A stretch of DNA of 63,893 nt, filler included, from Octopus bimaculoides (Eukaryota), in NCBI RefSeq assembly GCF_001194135.2. It is 7 parts of 7 records of this genome, joined end to end, with 100 filler letters (N's around TTAATTAATTAA, not from the genome) between each part and the next. Parts side by side here need not be neighbours in the genome. Positions count along the whole stretch, not along the records: positions 8,710 to 22,233 come from NC_069010.1; positions 22,334 to 51,337 come from NC_068994.1; 5 more parts are not named here. One strand, written 5' to 3'. Each line of letters starts with the position of its first letter. The first letter of the stretch is position 1. Below the pieces are notes generated by a model. It ran no database searches and was not told where the DNA came from. It was given only the letters and a program-made list of their open reading frames with translations. Positions 12,370 through 24,260 of the stretch are shown in pieces. Position numbers and translations under genes: made by a program.

Positions 12370-13070
12370 ACACTATTATCGTTATTGAGTGAGAGAGCAA
12401 TGCATGCCATCAAAATGACACTGGGGTACAAATATACGAAGCCCAGTATACCCATCATGACTACCCGTCTGATAAGGGTACACCAGGCACATGCATCACA
12501 ACCATATATGCGCAACATGGTGATCCCATATCAAAATAAACAGCACATGACCTTGCAGGTGGGGCCCAGTTAGAATTTTCTTCAGGTCGAGTAGCCCATC
12601 CCACTCAAAAGGTCCCTGAATAAGGTTCGTTTAAGGATGTTGAGCAAAACNNNNNNNNNNNNNNNNNNNNNNNNNNNNNNNNNNNNNNNNNNNNNNNNNN
12701 NNNNNNNNNNNNNNNNNNNNNNATCCAAACCCCAAAGAATTCCTCTCAACACATGGCTAGGATGCTCCCCAACTACTTCTGCTCCTGATCAGAGATGCAC
12801 ATATCGTCAGCCAGTAAGGGACATGCTCAACTGGTTAAGGTCAAACAACTGACAAGTAAATCTGTGGTATTGAGCAGAATATTTGCTGTAGGCCATCTTT
12901 TATGCCAAGACAAAACAATGTACATGATAACACTTCCAATCAGTTAAGATCAGAAGCCATGAGAGTCATTGCCTGGTACTGCATCAGGGCATTAGCAAAT
13001 CTGTGGTATTGAGCAGAATATTTGCTGTAGGCCATCTTTTATACCAAGACAAAACAACGTACATGATAAC
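12370..13070 (+). mobile_element. Unclassified interspersed repeat with an internal duplication
   Basis: Matches 3985-4130 (minus) and 26740-27090; ctgtggtattgagcagaatatttgctgtaggcc occurs at both 12862 and 13001. Confidence 0.6.
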
Positions 13071-13164
13071 ACCATCCCACTGCCATTGCACATACACACA
13101 CACACATAGAGGCTTTGTGCCTATAATAGAAAGGATTACTATTGTTATTATTACTATTATTGAA

Positions 13165-13385
13165 GGTGGTGAACTGGCAGAATCATTAGCACACCAGGCA
13201 AAATGCTTAGCGGTATTTAATCTGTTGCTACGTTCTGAGTTCAAATTCTGCCAAGGTCGACTTTGCCTTTCATCCTTTCGAGGTTGATAAATTAAGTACC
13301 AGTCAAATTCTGGGGTTGATGTAATCAACTAGTCCTCTCCCCCCAAAACTTCAGGCCTTGTGCCTATAATAGAAAGGATTATTAT
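13165..13385 (+). mobile_element. SINE family B
   Basis: Well-preserved copy; others at about 14337-14545, 14620-14790, 14830-15020, 18690-18850, 30680-30880, 39285-39710 and 44240-44425. Confidence 0.85.
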
Positions 13386-13564
13386 TATTCCGTTTATATA
13401 TTTGTTTTGCAAGATTTTTGATGTGAAATCGTGTGTTAAAACAGATGTTGTTGTACTTGGGGACGGTCATATTGCCAGTTTAGCCAATAAAAACACACGC
13501 ACTGTATATTTGGTGTTAATTTGCTTCAGCTTTATATTACATTACATTACGTTAATCCTATTTC

Positions 13565-13609
13565 GGCCAGAGTTCTTTCGTCACACTTCTGTGACCTCAT
13601 CAGTGGTCC
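13565..13609 (-). ncRNA. Candidate minimal type I hammerhead ribozyme
   Basis: Minus strand GGACCA CUGAUGA G GUCAC agaagu GUGAC GAAA GAAC UC UGGCC: intact CUGAUGA/GAAA core, 5-bp stem II, bulged stem I. Confidence 0.45.
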
Positions 13610-13819
13610 TTTGCTTTCTTCTTTCTTATGTGTGTCCCACCTTGCTAACTATCTATCTATCATTATTATTATTATTATTATAGACATCGCACAGTATACA
13701 ATATCGTGAGGTTGTAGATTGAAGATCCTGTGTCTACCAGGAGTTTGTACTGTTTGTCAAGTAATAACAAGGACCTCAGACAGGCAGTACTTTACGCAAT
13801 ATGCGTGCANNNNNNNNNN

Positions 13820-14103
13820 CAGGACTTATTCTATCGATCTCTTTTGCCGAACCACTAAGTTACGGGGATGTAAACACACCAGCATCGGTTGTCAAGCGAT
13901 GTTGGGGGGACAAACACAGACACACAAACACAGACATACGACAGGCTTCTTTCAGTTTCCGTCTACCAAATCCACTCACAGGGCTTTGGTCTGCCCGAGG
14001 CTATAGTAGAAGACGCTTGCCCAAGGTGCCACGCAGTGGGAATGAATCCGGAACCGTGTGGTTGGTAAGCGAGCTACTTACCACACAGCCACTCCTGCGC
14101 CTG
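13820..14103 (-). mobile_element. SINE family A
   Basis: Reverse complement of the family A head and body. Confidence 0.85.
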
Positions 14104-14104
14104 C

Positions 14105-14280
14105 CAACTTTTGCAATACATCTAGATTGTAGGGTACCTCTAAGGTTTCCAGATGTTTTTTTCAGATTTGGTAGCAATGAACCCAATGTTCCAATGGCAA
14201 TAGTAATAACCTTTATGCTTGACTCTCATAGCTGCCACATCTTAGAGATATCAAATATCAGGTGTCCATATTTATCGACC

Positions 14281-14283
<3 letters not shown>
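14105..14283 (-). mobile_element. R4/Dong-like RLE C-terminal fragment
   Basis: Degenerate KYGHLIFDISKMWQL..KVITIAIGTLGSLLPNLKK(HLETLEVPYNLDVLQKLA); its 5' end abuts a long (TAA)n. Confidence 0.7.
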
Positions 14284-14337
<54 letters not shown>

Positions 14338-15020
14338 GTCGGTGAAGTGGTAGACTTGAGAGCACGCTAGGTGAAATGCTTAACAGCATTTCATCCATCT
14401 TTACGTTCTGAATTCAGATTCTGTTGAGGCCGACTTTGCCTTTCATCTTTTGGGCATTGATTAAAATAAGCACTAGTTGAGTACGGTTGGAGGTTGGGGT
14501 CAGTATAATAGACTTACCCCGCTCCCCAAAATTTCAGGCCCTATGCCTTTAGTAGAAAGGATCATCATCATTATTATTGTTGTTATTATTATTATTATTA
14601 TTATTTATCAAACTGATGAGAAATCTGGACAAAAATGCTAAGCCAGTATTTTAGCCATCTTTACGACCGAAGATCAAATTCCGCCGAGGTCAACTCGGCC
14701 TTCCAATCCCTCCAGGGTCGATAAAACAAGATACCAGCCAAGTGCTACAGTCGATGTAAGAGTAAAACCCCTTCCTCCTAAAATCAAAAAAAAAAACAAA
14801 AAAACTACTGGCCATGTTTGTCGAACAAATTGCTGAACAGCATTTCTTACGATTCTTAAACGTTCTGAGTTCAAAGTCTGCCGAGGACGATTTTGTCCCT
14901 TTCGTCCTTTCCGGGTCGACAAAATAAAGTACCAGTCGAGCGATCGGGGCGATGTAATCGATCTGCACCCCCCCACTCTACTCAAAATTTCAGGCTTTGC
15001 ACCAAAATTAAAAAGGATCC

Positions 15021-15067
<47 letters not shown>

Positions 15068-15501
15068 TCTTTGCCACAGAGACATCGATGACAGTTTTAA
15101 AATGTGTAATGCCGATTGTGGGGCGGGTTTTCTTCAAAAAAGATCAGGAGACAGAAAGGGAGAAAGGATGAATAATGCGATCAAAAAGTACACGTTTATA
15201 ACACCCAGAGTTTCTAATATTAATTAATAATTAAAGATAGATTATTGTTTTTTTTTTAACAGGAGCCTAGATCTATGCCTTGTACCCTGTCCCCTGATCG
15301 TATCCCCTATTTCCATTGACATATATACCTCAAAGGACGGAACCGGTAGCTGAAAGTTAGACATACACACATATACACATACCTCTATCTGCATTCGATC
15401 ACACGCACACACATATACACGCCTTTGTATACACAAGCCGTTGTATATATTTATATATATATACATATACGTATAAATATCTAGAGAAAGAAGGACTTTA
15501 C

Positions 15502-15616
15502 CATTCTCAGGCTTCGTATATAATCTGTGACATTCTTTCAGGATATTCTCGTTCACCGTCTGGCTTGTAATATTGGCGACATTGCCAGAATTTCTCGTAT
15601 TAATCTTGCCCGACAT
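15502..15616 (-). CDS. First coding exon of a minus-strand gene; possible EHD/dynamin-like P-loop protein
   Basis: ATG at 15616, MSGKINTRNSGNVANITSQTVNENILKECHRLYTKPEN-G, donor G|GTAAAG; family resemblance is from memory and unverified. Confidence 0.6.
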
Positions 15617-15679
15617 AACTAGATACTTGCTGCTGCTGCTGCTGCTGTTAATATCACATACGACATTACACACGGTTCT

Positions 15680-17770
15680 TCTCCCCCACTCTCTCGTTCG
15701 CTATTACTCTTTCACCTACTTCACCTCTCTTCCTCGCTAATACACTTTCAGTTCCTCTTCCTTCTCTCACTCGCTATTACCCTTTCACTCATTCACTCCC
15801 TCCCTCTTTCCCTCTATCACATGCTCTTACGCTTTCTTTCACTCCCTCTTCCTTCTCTGACTCGCTATTACTCTTTCACCCACTTCACCTCTCTTCCTCG
15901 CTAATACACTTTCAGTTTCTCCCTTTCTCTCACTCGCTATAACCCTTTCACTCCCTCCCTCCTTCCCTCTATCACATGCTCTTACGCTTTCTTTCATCAC
16001 TCCCTCTTCCTTCTCTAACTCGCTATTACTCTTTCACCCACTTCCCCTCTCTTGCTCGCTAATACACTTTCAGTTCCTCCCCTTCTCTCACTCACTATTA
16101 CTCTTTCACGCATTCACTCTCTCTCTCTTTCCCTCTATCACATACTCTTACGCTTTCTTTCATAACTCGCTATTACTCTTTCACCCATTTAACCTCCCTT
16201 CCTTGCTAATACAACCTCTTCTACTTATTATAACCTTTTCAATCCCTCCCTCTTTTCCTCTCTCACTTGCTATTACGCTTTCACCCACTTCACCTCTCTT
16301 ACTTGCTAACCACTTTCCGTTCCTCCCCTTCTCTAACTCGCAATTACTTCTCCCTCTCTTACTAGCTTCTACACTTTCAATATCTCCCTTTCCTCCTTCC
16401 TATATTACTTTCCATTCTCAGTCATTCGCTCTGACGCTTTCTCCTACTTCCTCTTCTCACTCCCCCTCCGCTAATACCCTTTCTAAGACTTCCTCTCATG
16501 CTGTTTCTTACTCATTCTTACTCTGTTACACACTCACACCCCACCTCTTTCATTTCACTCACTCTATCTCCTCTCTCTCATTCATCTACGCTTACATCTC
16601 CCCCTTTCTTACTTGGTATATACTTACTGACTCCCTTTCCCTCCTTCTTAGACCCTTGAATCCAAGTATGGTTCTTTCTCTTCCCCCCACTTCATATCTA
16701 TCTGCACTTCTTTCTCTCGTCTCCCTCTTTCTTTCCCCCTCGCTAATAGTTGTATCTACTCCCCCTTTTTATCTGCTGTGCTAAGGTGTATTTCTCTTCC
16801 TCCTCCCCTTCTCTATCCGTTGTAATTATTTGTATTTCTCTCTTTCTCTTTCTTTCCCCCTCTATTAGTTGTATCTACTTTCTCTCCACGCCCCCTTTGT
16901 ATCTCTTTTACCTAAGCGTAATTTTCCTCTCTCTACTACCCTCATCTATCAGCTGTGTCTATATATTCCTTCCTTTTCCTTCTCTCTCTCTCTCTCTGTC
17001 CCCTCTCTATCAGTTCTAGTAAATTTTCTCATGCCTTCCCTCTCTACTGCAATTAACTATTTCTGTCTCTCCTCCCCTTCTCTATTTTAGCTATTTACCT
17101 CCCTTACCCTCTCCCTCTCTGTTATGCGTTCATGTGACTCTCAGTTTCTTTCTCCTCTCACTCTAACCCTCTAACTGGTTTCTCTCGCCTCCTCCTCTCC
17201 AACGTTTGTAGATATGTGCTTCTCTCCTCTCACTCTGTTTATCATAACACTGTGCCTTCTCCTCCTCCACCTCTGTTTTATATAAATGCGTATTTCTTTC
17301 TTTAACCCCCCACTTCCCTCTTTCTCTCTTTCTGCTACGTGAATCTTTTCTCTCTCTCCCCTTCCCTCCCTCTTTCTAGTATTCCATCTCTCTCTCACTT
17401 CTACCTACGTTCCCCCACTCTCTCTATGTGTGTCTATATCATTTTTTACTCTCCCTCTATTTGACATTCTCATTCTTTCTTTCTATCTAATGCTAGTCTC
17501 TATTTTCCCTTTCCTCTCTCCTTCGATCCATGTTTATATCTATTCTCTTTCCCCCCCCTCTTCTTTTCATACTTTCTCACACATTACCTCTTACTCTTCC
17601 TCTATTTCTCTCTTCTTAAATTCCCACTCTGCCTTTCTCCCTTTTACACATCTTCTTTCTAAGTCTATCCCTCTCTACATACTTACCTCTCTCTATATTA
17701 GTACCTTCATCTCTTTCACACTCACCCTTTCGATGCCTCTATGTATCTTTTTATCTACCCGTCTCTCTCT
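15680..17770 (+). repeat. ~2.1 kb polypyrimidine/polypurine tract; first ~650 bp is a ~160-bp tandem repeat
   Basis: Very few G on the plus strand; cgctaatacactttcag at 15735, 15899 and 16057. Confidence 0.9.
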
Positions 17771-18157
17771 CTGTTTAATTTATTAAAGAAAATGGAAATA
17801 GGAGGCTGGAAAGGATAACAAACATTATCCAACGGGCGGATAGCCAAATGCCAAAAAACCATTCTTTCTCAGCAAGATTTCCAATCCTCCAAGACATAAT
17901 TCTCCATCCGAACCTCTTTCTGATCAGAACTGTATGTCCGGTTTAAAGTAGTGGGATATTTTTTTAAAACCGGTTCTATATATTTTTATTTTTCATATTA
18001 AAGTATAAAGTTCATATATAATTATTGATTATAATCGAGTTTTCAAAAAAAAAAAATTCGAATTTCCCAGATTTATTGAAATAATTAAAAATGTGCCGAA
18101 CAGGGCATAATACTTTTAGCCAATGAGTTGACAGGAAAATAGTTTCCTCTTCATTCA

Positions 18158-18188
<31 letters not shown>

Positions 18189-18359
18189 AAGAGAAAGAAA
18201 GGTTGATACGTAGATAGATAGAGAGAGAGAGAGAGGGAGAGAGAGAGAGAGAGATGTAAGAGTATATACATAAGCTCTTGTTTCCGTTTCTCTGGCTGCT
18301 AATTATTTTGTTTTTTAAATAACGAAGTACATGTAAATTTAGACAGAACGAGAAGTAAA

Positions 18360-18445
18360 TAAATATTATCCAATCAGTTGGGAGACAGGCATTGGTTCCG
18401 TCTTCAGTGCGAAACAGACGGAAGTCGTAATGTTTTTAATTCAAC
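18360..18445 (+). promoter_or_regulatory. CpG-containing TATA-less promoter/5' UTR candidate
   Basis: CCAAT (~18370), ATTGG (~18391), ETS-type CGGAAGT (18419-18425) and YY1-like AACATGGC over the ATG. Confidence 0.55.
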
Positions 18446-18513
18446 ATGGCTTCCCTAGTGGCTGACTACAGTGGAAGTAGCGATGACGAGTTCGAATCCG
18501 ATCCACGTAACAG
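18446..18513 (+). CDS. First coding exon, acidic N-terminus MASLVADYSGSSDDEFESDPRN
   Basis: caacATGG start context, 68 nt, donor AG|GTAACC; resembles the SLVxY-acidic N-termini of several nuclear proteins. Confidence 0.8.
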
Positions 18514-19089
18514 GTAACCCTCGATGTCTTTAGCTTGCCTTTACAACCCGACACCACAGATGCCGCCTCTTGAAATATGGAAACCGTTTCGACTGTTAAT
18601 GTTTGTTAATGAATCATTTTTCTGTTTTAAACCCTAAATTTGATCTTATCCCTCACTTCCTGAATGTCGACGAGTGGCCTCTGCGTGTTCCTCCGAATGT
18701 TTACGTTCTGAGGTCAAATCCCGCTGAGGTCAACTTTGCATTGCATTCGTTCAGAGTCAATAAAATGAAGTATTTATCAAATCGCTAGGATCGATTGCCT
18801 CAACTAAAAGTTCCTCCCCCTTTAAAAATTACTGATTTTTCTACCTAAATTAAAAATGATAATTATTATATTAATTATTAGTTTGGTTCCACGGAAGGGA
18901 CAGTAACCCCCTTGGTTTTCTAACTTCACTCGGTTTCTGTAGGAATTATGTCTTTTACGTTCGACACCTGATCAGAGGTGATGAAGGGCACGAAAACCGA
19001 ATTGAAGATGACGAGATAGGCTTCTTTTTTTTTTTTCGCCGACTTCTCTGATGAAGTAACGATATAGTCGACATGTTTGCGTAGTGCCG

Positions 19090-19260
19090 CTGCTTCTCTG
19101 CACGGAGAGGTTGCGAGAAACTCCAGTACTGCGGACATGTGGCTAGAATGGTGCAGGAAAGAACCACAAGACGGATTCTTCAAACTGACACGACATAGCA
19201 GGAGAACTAGGTAGGGGTAGAGCAAAAACGAGACGGTAGGATAATATGTATAATCTCTGG
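19090..19260 (+). mobile_element. RTE LINE 3' fragment
   Basis: KLQYCGHVARMVQERTTRRILQ...GRGRAKTR. Confidence 0.7.
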
Positions 19261-19263
19261 AGT

Positions 19264-19540
19264 GGAGGCGCAATGGCCCAGTGGTTAGGGCAGCGGACTC
19301 GTGGTCATAGGATCGCGGTTTCGATTCCCAGACCGGGCGTTGTGAGTGTTTACTGAGCGAAAACACCTAAAAGCTCCACGAGGCTTACCGGCAGGGGATG
19401 CTGGTGGCGAACCCTGCTGTACTCTTTCACTACAACTTTCTCTCATTCTTACTTCCTGTCTCTGTTGTGCCTGTAATTCAAAGGGTCAGCCTTGTCACTC
19501 TGTGTCACGCTGAATCTCCCCCGAGAACTACGTTAAGTGG
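19264..19540 (+). mobile_element. tRNA-Arg-derived SINE
   Basis: ggcgcaatggcccagtggttagggcagcggacTCGtggtc..ggtttcgattccc has A/B boxes and a TCG anticodon-like loop but continues into a repeat body; octopus tRNA-Arg SINEs (OR1/OR2) are known. Confidence 0.8.
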
Positions 19541-19693
19541 CTTCACTCTTCGTACTTTAACTCTGTTACCATAGCAACAGTCTTGATCACTTTTTTGATT
19601 AGGCTTCATACTCAATGCACTCAGAAGTTGATGTTAAAGACCATCTTGTCCGCTCCTGTCAGCATCATTTTCCATTGTTTTTCATCATTATCG

Positions 19694-19880
19694 GGCATGG
19701 CTGTGTGGTTAGGAAGCTTGCTTCCCAGCTGCATGGTTTCGGGTTCAGTCCCACCGCGTGGCACCTTGGGCAAGTGTCTTCTGCTATAACCCCGGGCTGA
19801 CCGAAGCCGTGTGATTGAATTTGGTAGGCGGAAGTTACTGCCGCATGTGTATACGTCTGTGTATGTGCTTGTGCCTCTCT
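19694..19880 (+). mobile_element. SINE family A 5' half
   Basis: Family A head sequence. Confidence 0.8.
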
Positions 19881-20758
19881 CTGAAAGAGAAAGAGAGGGG
19901 GATTTCTGTTGAGATGCTCTGTGTTTCTTTCAGTTGATTTTTAAAATGACAAAGAATTTAGTAAAATAACTTAGTTATCATTCAGCTAGTGTTAGGAAAA
20001 TAAGGCTTTGNNNNNNNNNNNNNNNNNNNNNNNNNNNNNNNNNNNNNNNNNNNNNNNNNNNNNNNNNNNNNNNNNNNNNNNNNNNNNNNNNNNNNNNNNN
20101 NNNNNNNNNNNNNNNNNNNNNNNNNNNNNNNNNNNNNNNNNNNNNNNNNNNNNNNNNNNNNNNNNNNNNNNNNNNNNNNNNNNNNNNNNNNNNNNNNNNN
20201 NNNNNNNNNNNNNNNNNNNNNNNNNNNNNNNNNNNNNNNNNNNNNNNNNNNNNNNNNNNNNNNNNNNNNNNNNNNNNNNNNNNNNNNNNNNNNNNNNNNN
20301 NNNNNNNNNNNNNNNNNNNNNNNNNNNNNNNNNNNNNNNNNNNNNNNNNNNNNNNNNNNNNNNNNNNNNNNNNNNNNNNNNNNNNNNNNNNNNNNNNNNN
20401 NNNNNNNNNNNNNNNNNNNNNNNNNNNNNNNNNNNNNNNNNNNNNNNNNNNNNNNNNNNNNNNNNNNNNNNNNNNNNNNNNNNNNNNNNNNNNNNNNNNN
20501 NNNNNNNNNNNNNNNNNNNNNNNNNNNNNNNNNNNNNNNNNNNNNNNNNNNNNNNNNNNNNNNNNNNNNNNNNNNNNNNNNNNNNNNNNNNNNNNNNNNN
20601 NNNNNNNNNNNNNNNNNNNNNNNNNNNNNNNNNNNNNNNNNNNNNNNNNNNNNNNNNNNNNNNNNNNNNNNNNNNNNNNNNNNNNNNNNNNNNNNNNNNN
20701 NNNNNNNNNNNNNNNNNNNNNNNNNNNNNNNNNNNNNNNNNNNNNNNNNNNNNNNNNN

Positions 20759-20869
20759 CGGCGAAAGAAGCGATCTGGAGTCTCGGAAGGTCTAGTTCCT
20801 CCCAAAAAGGCTATGGTGATGCTTAATAAAATACAGGCCCAGGAACGGCCGTGGACTGTGAAAAGGTAG
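20759..20869 (+). CDS. Visible end of the terminal coding exon of the plus-strand gene (upstream part lost in N gap)
   Basis: Open frame RRKKRSGVSEGLVPPKKAMVMLNKIQAQERPWTVKR* with an NLS-like basic patch; link to the 18446 exon is inferred. Confidence 0.6.
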   Translation, partial: RRKKRSGVSEGLVPPKKAMVMLNKIQAQERPWTVKR

Positions 20870-22233
20870 AAGCATACCAAACCCCCTAACAGCTCTGTTT
20901 TTGTTCTCTGCACCCTTCTCTCTCCCCCCCTTTTTCTTTTTTTTTTGTCTCTTCCTTCTTTACCCCATATTGAGAATCAACTGGTAAAGTCCTCATACCA
21001 AAGCACTACTTTGATAATGTGCTGCTCCAAGGAAGGGCATCACAAGTATTTGAACCAAATGTCCCAGATGAGGACAGTTCTCCCCTTTTTCTTCTGTCTA
21101 TTTTCTCTTCTTTACCCCCATATTGAGAATAAACTAGTGAAAATGTAATCAGGGCCTGAAGTCCTCATACCAAAGCAATATTCTGCTCCAGGGAGGGGCA
21201 TCACAAGTATTTGAACCAAATGTCCCAGATGAGGACAGCCATATGGAACATGGAAAACAAGAAAATGATTTAGGTTTTGGGCAGTTTAATGCTTATACGA
21301 AAACTCAAGTCCAAGAACAGCCATGGACTGTGTAAAAGTAGACATACCTGACCTCACAAAACTCTGTGTATTTACCCTTTTTCTTCTGTTTGTCTCTTCC
21401 TTCTTTACCCCATATTGAGAATCAACTAGTAAAAATGTAATCGGAACCTGAAGTCCTCCTACCAAAGCAGTACTCTGATCATGTGCTGCTCACAGAAGCC
21501 CTGCAAGTATTTGAACCAAATGTCCCAGATGAGGACAGCTATATGAACATGGAAAACAGACAGCAAAAAAATTATTGGGATTCTGGGCAGTTCTGTGCCT
21601 CTATGGAAATGCTAAAGGAAACCCAAGAAGAGTCGTGACTGTGAAAAGGTAAACTTACCTACCTGACCCCAAAAGCCTGTCTGTTTTTTTTTTCTCTCTC
21701 TCTCTCTCCTCTTTTTCTGTATCTGTCTTCTCTTCTTTACCCCTTATTGAGAATCAGTAAGAAATAATCTAAGGTCCTCTTACGAAAGCAGTACTCTAAT
21801 GATGTGCTGCTCACAGAAGCATTGCAAATATTTGAACCAAATGTCCCAGATGAAACACAGCTATATGGACATGAAAAACAGAAAGAAAAAAAATGGTTGG
21901 GGTTTTACTTAAGAAAATCCAGGCCCAAGAACAGCAGCAACTGTGAATAGGTAAACCTACCTGATCCCTCTCCCCTTTTTCCTCTTCTTTATCCTATATT
22001 AAGAATTGGTTAGTAAGAAATAATCTGAAATCCTCATACAAAAGCAATATTCTGATGATGTGCTGCTCGCAGGAGAGGCATCTCAAATACTTGAGCCAGA
22101 CGTCCCAGATGAGGACAGCTACATGAACATGAAAATCAGACAGGGAAAAATGGTTGAGATTTTAGGCTGTAGTGCGTCTATGGAAATACCTAAGAAAATT
22201 TAAGCCATGAACTGTGAAAAGCTAAATCTACCT
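20870..22233 (+). repeat. About five degenerate 160-320 bp tandem copies of the gene's 3' coding end plus proximal 3' flank
   Basis: gtcccagatgaggacag-like marker at 21061, 21222, 21522, 21843 and 22102; ctgtg(a/t)aaag-like at about 20856, 21329, 21639, 21941 and 22212. Confidence 0.85.
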
Positions 22234-22333
22234 NNNNNNNNNNNNNNNNNNNNNNNNNNNNNNNNNNNNNNNNNNNNTTAATTAATTAANNNNNNNNNNN
22301 NNNNNNNNNNNNNNNNNNNNNNNNNNNNNNNNN

Positions 22334-22370
<37 letters not shown>

Positions 22371-22556
22371 CTGCTGGTGCCATGTAAAAAGCACTCAATC
22401 CACTCTGTAAGGTGGTTAGTGTTAGGAAGGGTATCCAGGAACAAAAGCCCTGCCAAAACACAGTGAAGATTGGTGCAGTCTTCTGCCTAACCAGCCCCTG
22501 TCAAACTGCCCAACACATGCCTGCATGGAAAACAGACAATAAATGATGATGATGTC

Positions 22557-22598
<42 letters not shown>

Positions 22599-23890
22599 GT
22601 GGGTGTGTATGTATCAAGGTACATTGCATCATAGAGCCATTTCAGCCAATCTAACCAATTGGTTTTGGACTGGGTGTTAAATAACTGGATATTAGATAAC
22701 TGGGTGGCTAACTAAAATCACATGCTCCTCAGAGACGACTAGTATGAAAAAATACAGCAATTGCTTTCAGTTACTGGAAGTGAGAAAATCTCACATCCAG
22801 TTTGTGGGGCTGTAAAAAAAGATTATACATACATACATATATATTGTACCTGTTGATTTATCTGCATTACTTTATCTCCATATCTACATAAATTTTAGAT
22901 GCACTGAGGTCTAGTGATATTTTGCAAATGCAAGTAAACTGTATCTGATGCTACTTGTTTTGACAAGTTAAAAAGAGGAAGTTTATGACAGTGATGTAAT
23001 TCTTTTTTGAGACACCTTTGAGTTTGAGAATCCAACAATATAATCCATATACTTATTTGTATTCTCAGTTTTCTTTTTCCCTCATCAATTCCTGCTTAAT
23101 AATCCTTTCTACTATAGGTAGAAGACCTGAAGTTTTAGGAGAAGAGTCTAGTTTATTACATTGTCTCCATTGCTCAACTGGTATTTTATTTCATCAACCC
23201 TAATAGGATGAAAAGCTAGGTTGATCTCAGTGGAATTTGAACTAAAAACAAAGGACGAAATGCCGCTAAGAATTTTGTCCAGCATGCTAAAGATTCTGCC
23301 AGCTTGCTACCTTATTTCTGCTTAATGATAAACATACTTTCAACCTACTATTAAATAATCGTTGCATCTTCTCTCAATCTCCCTGTCTGTCTGTCTCTCT
23401 CTCTCACACACACACATATATACACCTGTGATATTTGTTATAGTAAGGTCATTTCAAAAGTATCCTCCTGTGTTCTACAAAAATTTGTTTATGTTTCATG
23501 CGAGTTTATTGTCAGAACAAATTAAACATTTTCAGCTGCTTCTATCTCACTCTTTCTCTCTTTCACTTTACTAAAGACATTCTCTAAGGTATAATTTTTT
23601 TCGACTTGTTATGTTACAATATTTATTATCTAACATCTTGTAGTAATTAACTTCTGGCATATTTAGTATCACACCTATTTATTTATTTTTCTTTCATTTC
23701 CAATTTTATCTGAATCTTCGTATGACCAAGAATTACTGAGAGATTTACTCACGAGGAAAAAAAAAATGATCTTAACAAAGATCTATATCTATTCCTAATA
23801 TCAGTATTTTAAATTGATTGTTTTTAGTCCTTCACTTCTTCCTCAACTTCTCTTTTTAGATATGATTTACTTGACTTCTTTTTCTTAGAA

Positions 23891-23929
<39 letters not shown>

Positions 23930-23971
23930 CTAGTGTTTTTTTTTAGTACATTCTCTAATTGTCTTTTAGGT

Positions 23972-24260
23972 ATGGTTGGGTGGTAAGAAGCTTGCTTCCC
24001 AACCACAAGATTTATATTTAAAGTCCCACTGTGTAGCACCTTGGGCAAATGTCTTCTATAGCCCTGGGCCAACCAAAACCTTGTAAGTGGATTTGGTAGA
24101 CAAAGACTGAAAGAAGCCTGTTATATGTGAGTGAGTGAGCAAGCGTGTGTGTCCCCTCCACATTACTACTTGCCAATCAGCATTGGTTTGTTTACATCCT
24201 TATAACTTAGCAGTTCAGCAAAAAAGTCCAATACAGTAAGTGCCAGATCCAAAAAAAAAA
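23972..24260 (+). mobile_element. SINE family A, diverged
   Basis: Head and body similarity to 1310-1697. Confidence 0.75.

Noticed and set aside
16203-17786. Leu/Ser/Phe-rich ORFs up to 193 aa
   Set aside because: By-product of the polypyrimidine tract, which cannot readily encode stop codons.
19264-19340. Possible tRNA-Arg(TCG) gene
   Set aside because: The cloverleaf is imperfect and runs into a repeat body; it is a SINE head.
19978-20913. Long ORFs spanning N runs (also 57317-58369, 59742-60636, 62683-63790)
   Set aside because: They are open only because N codons contain no stops.
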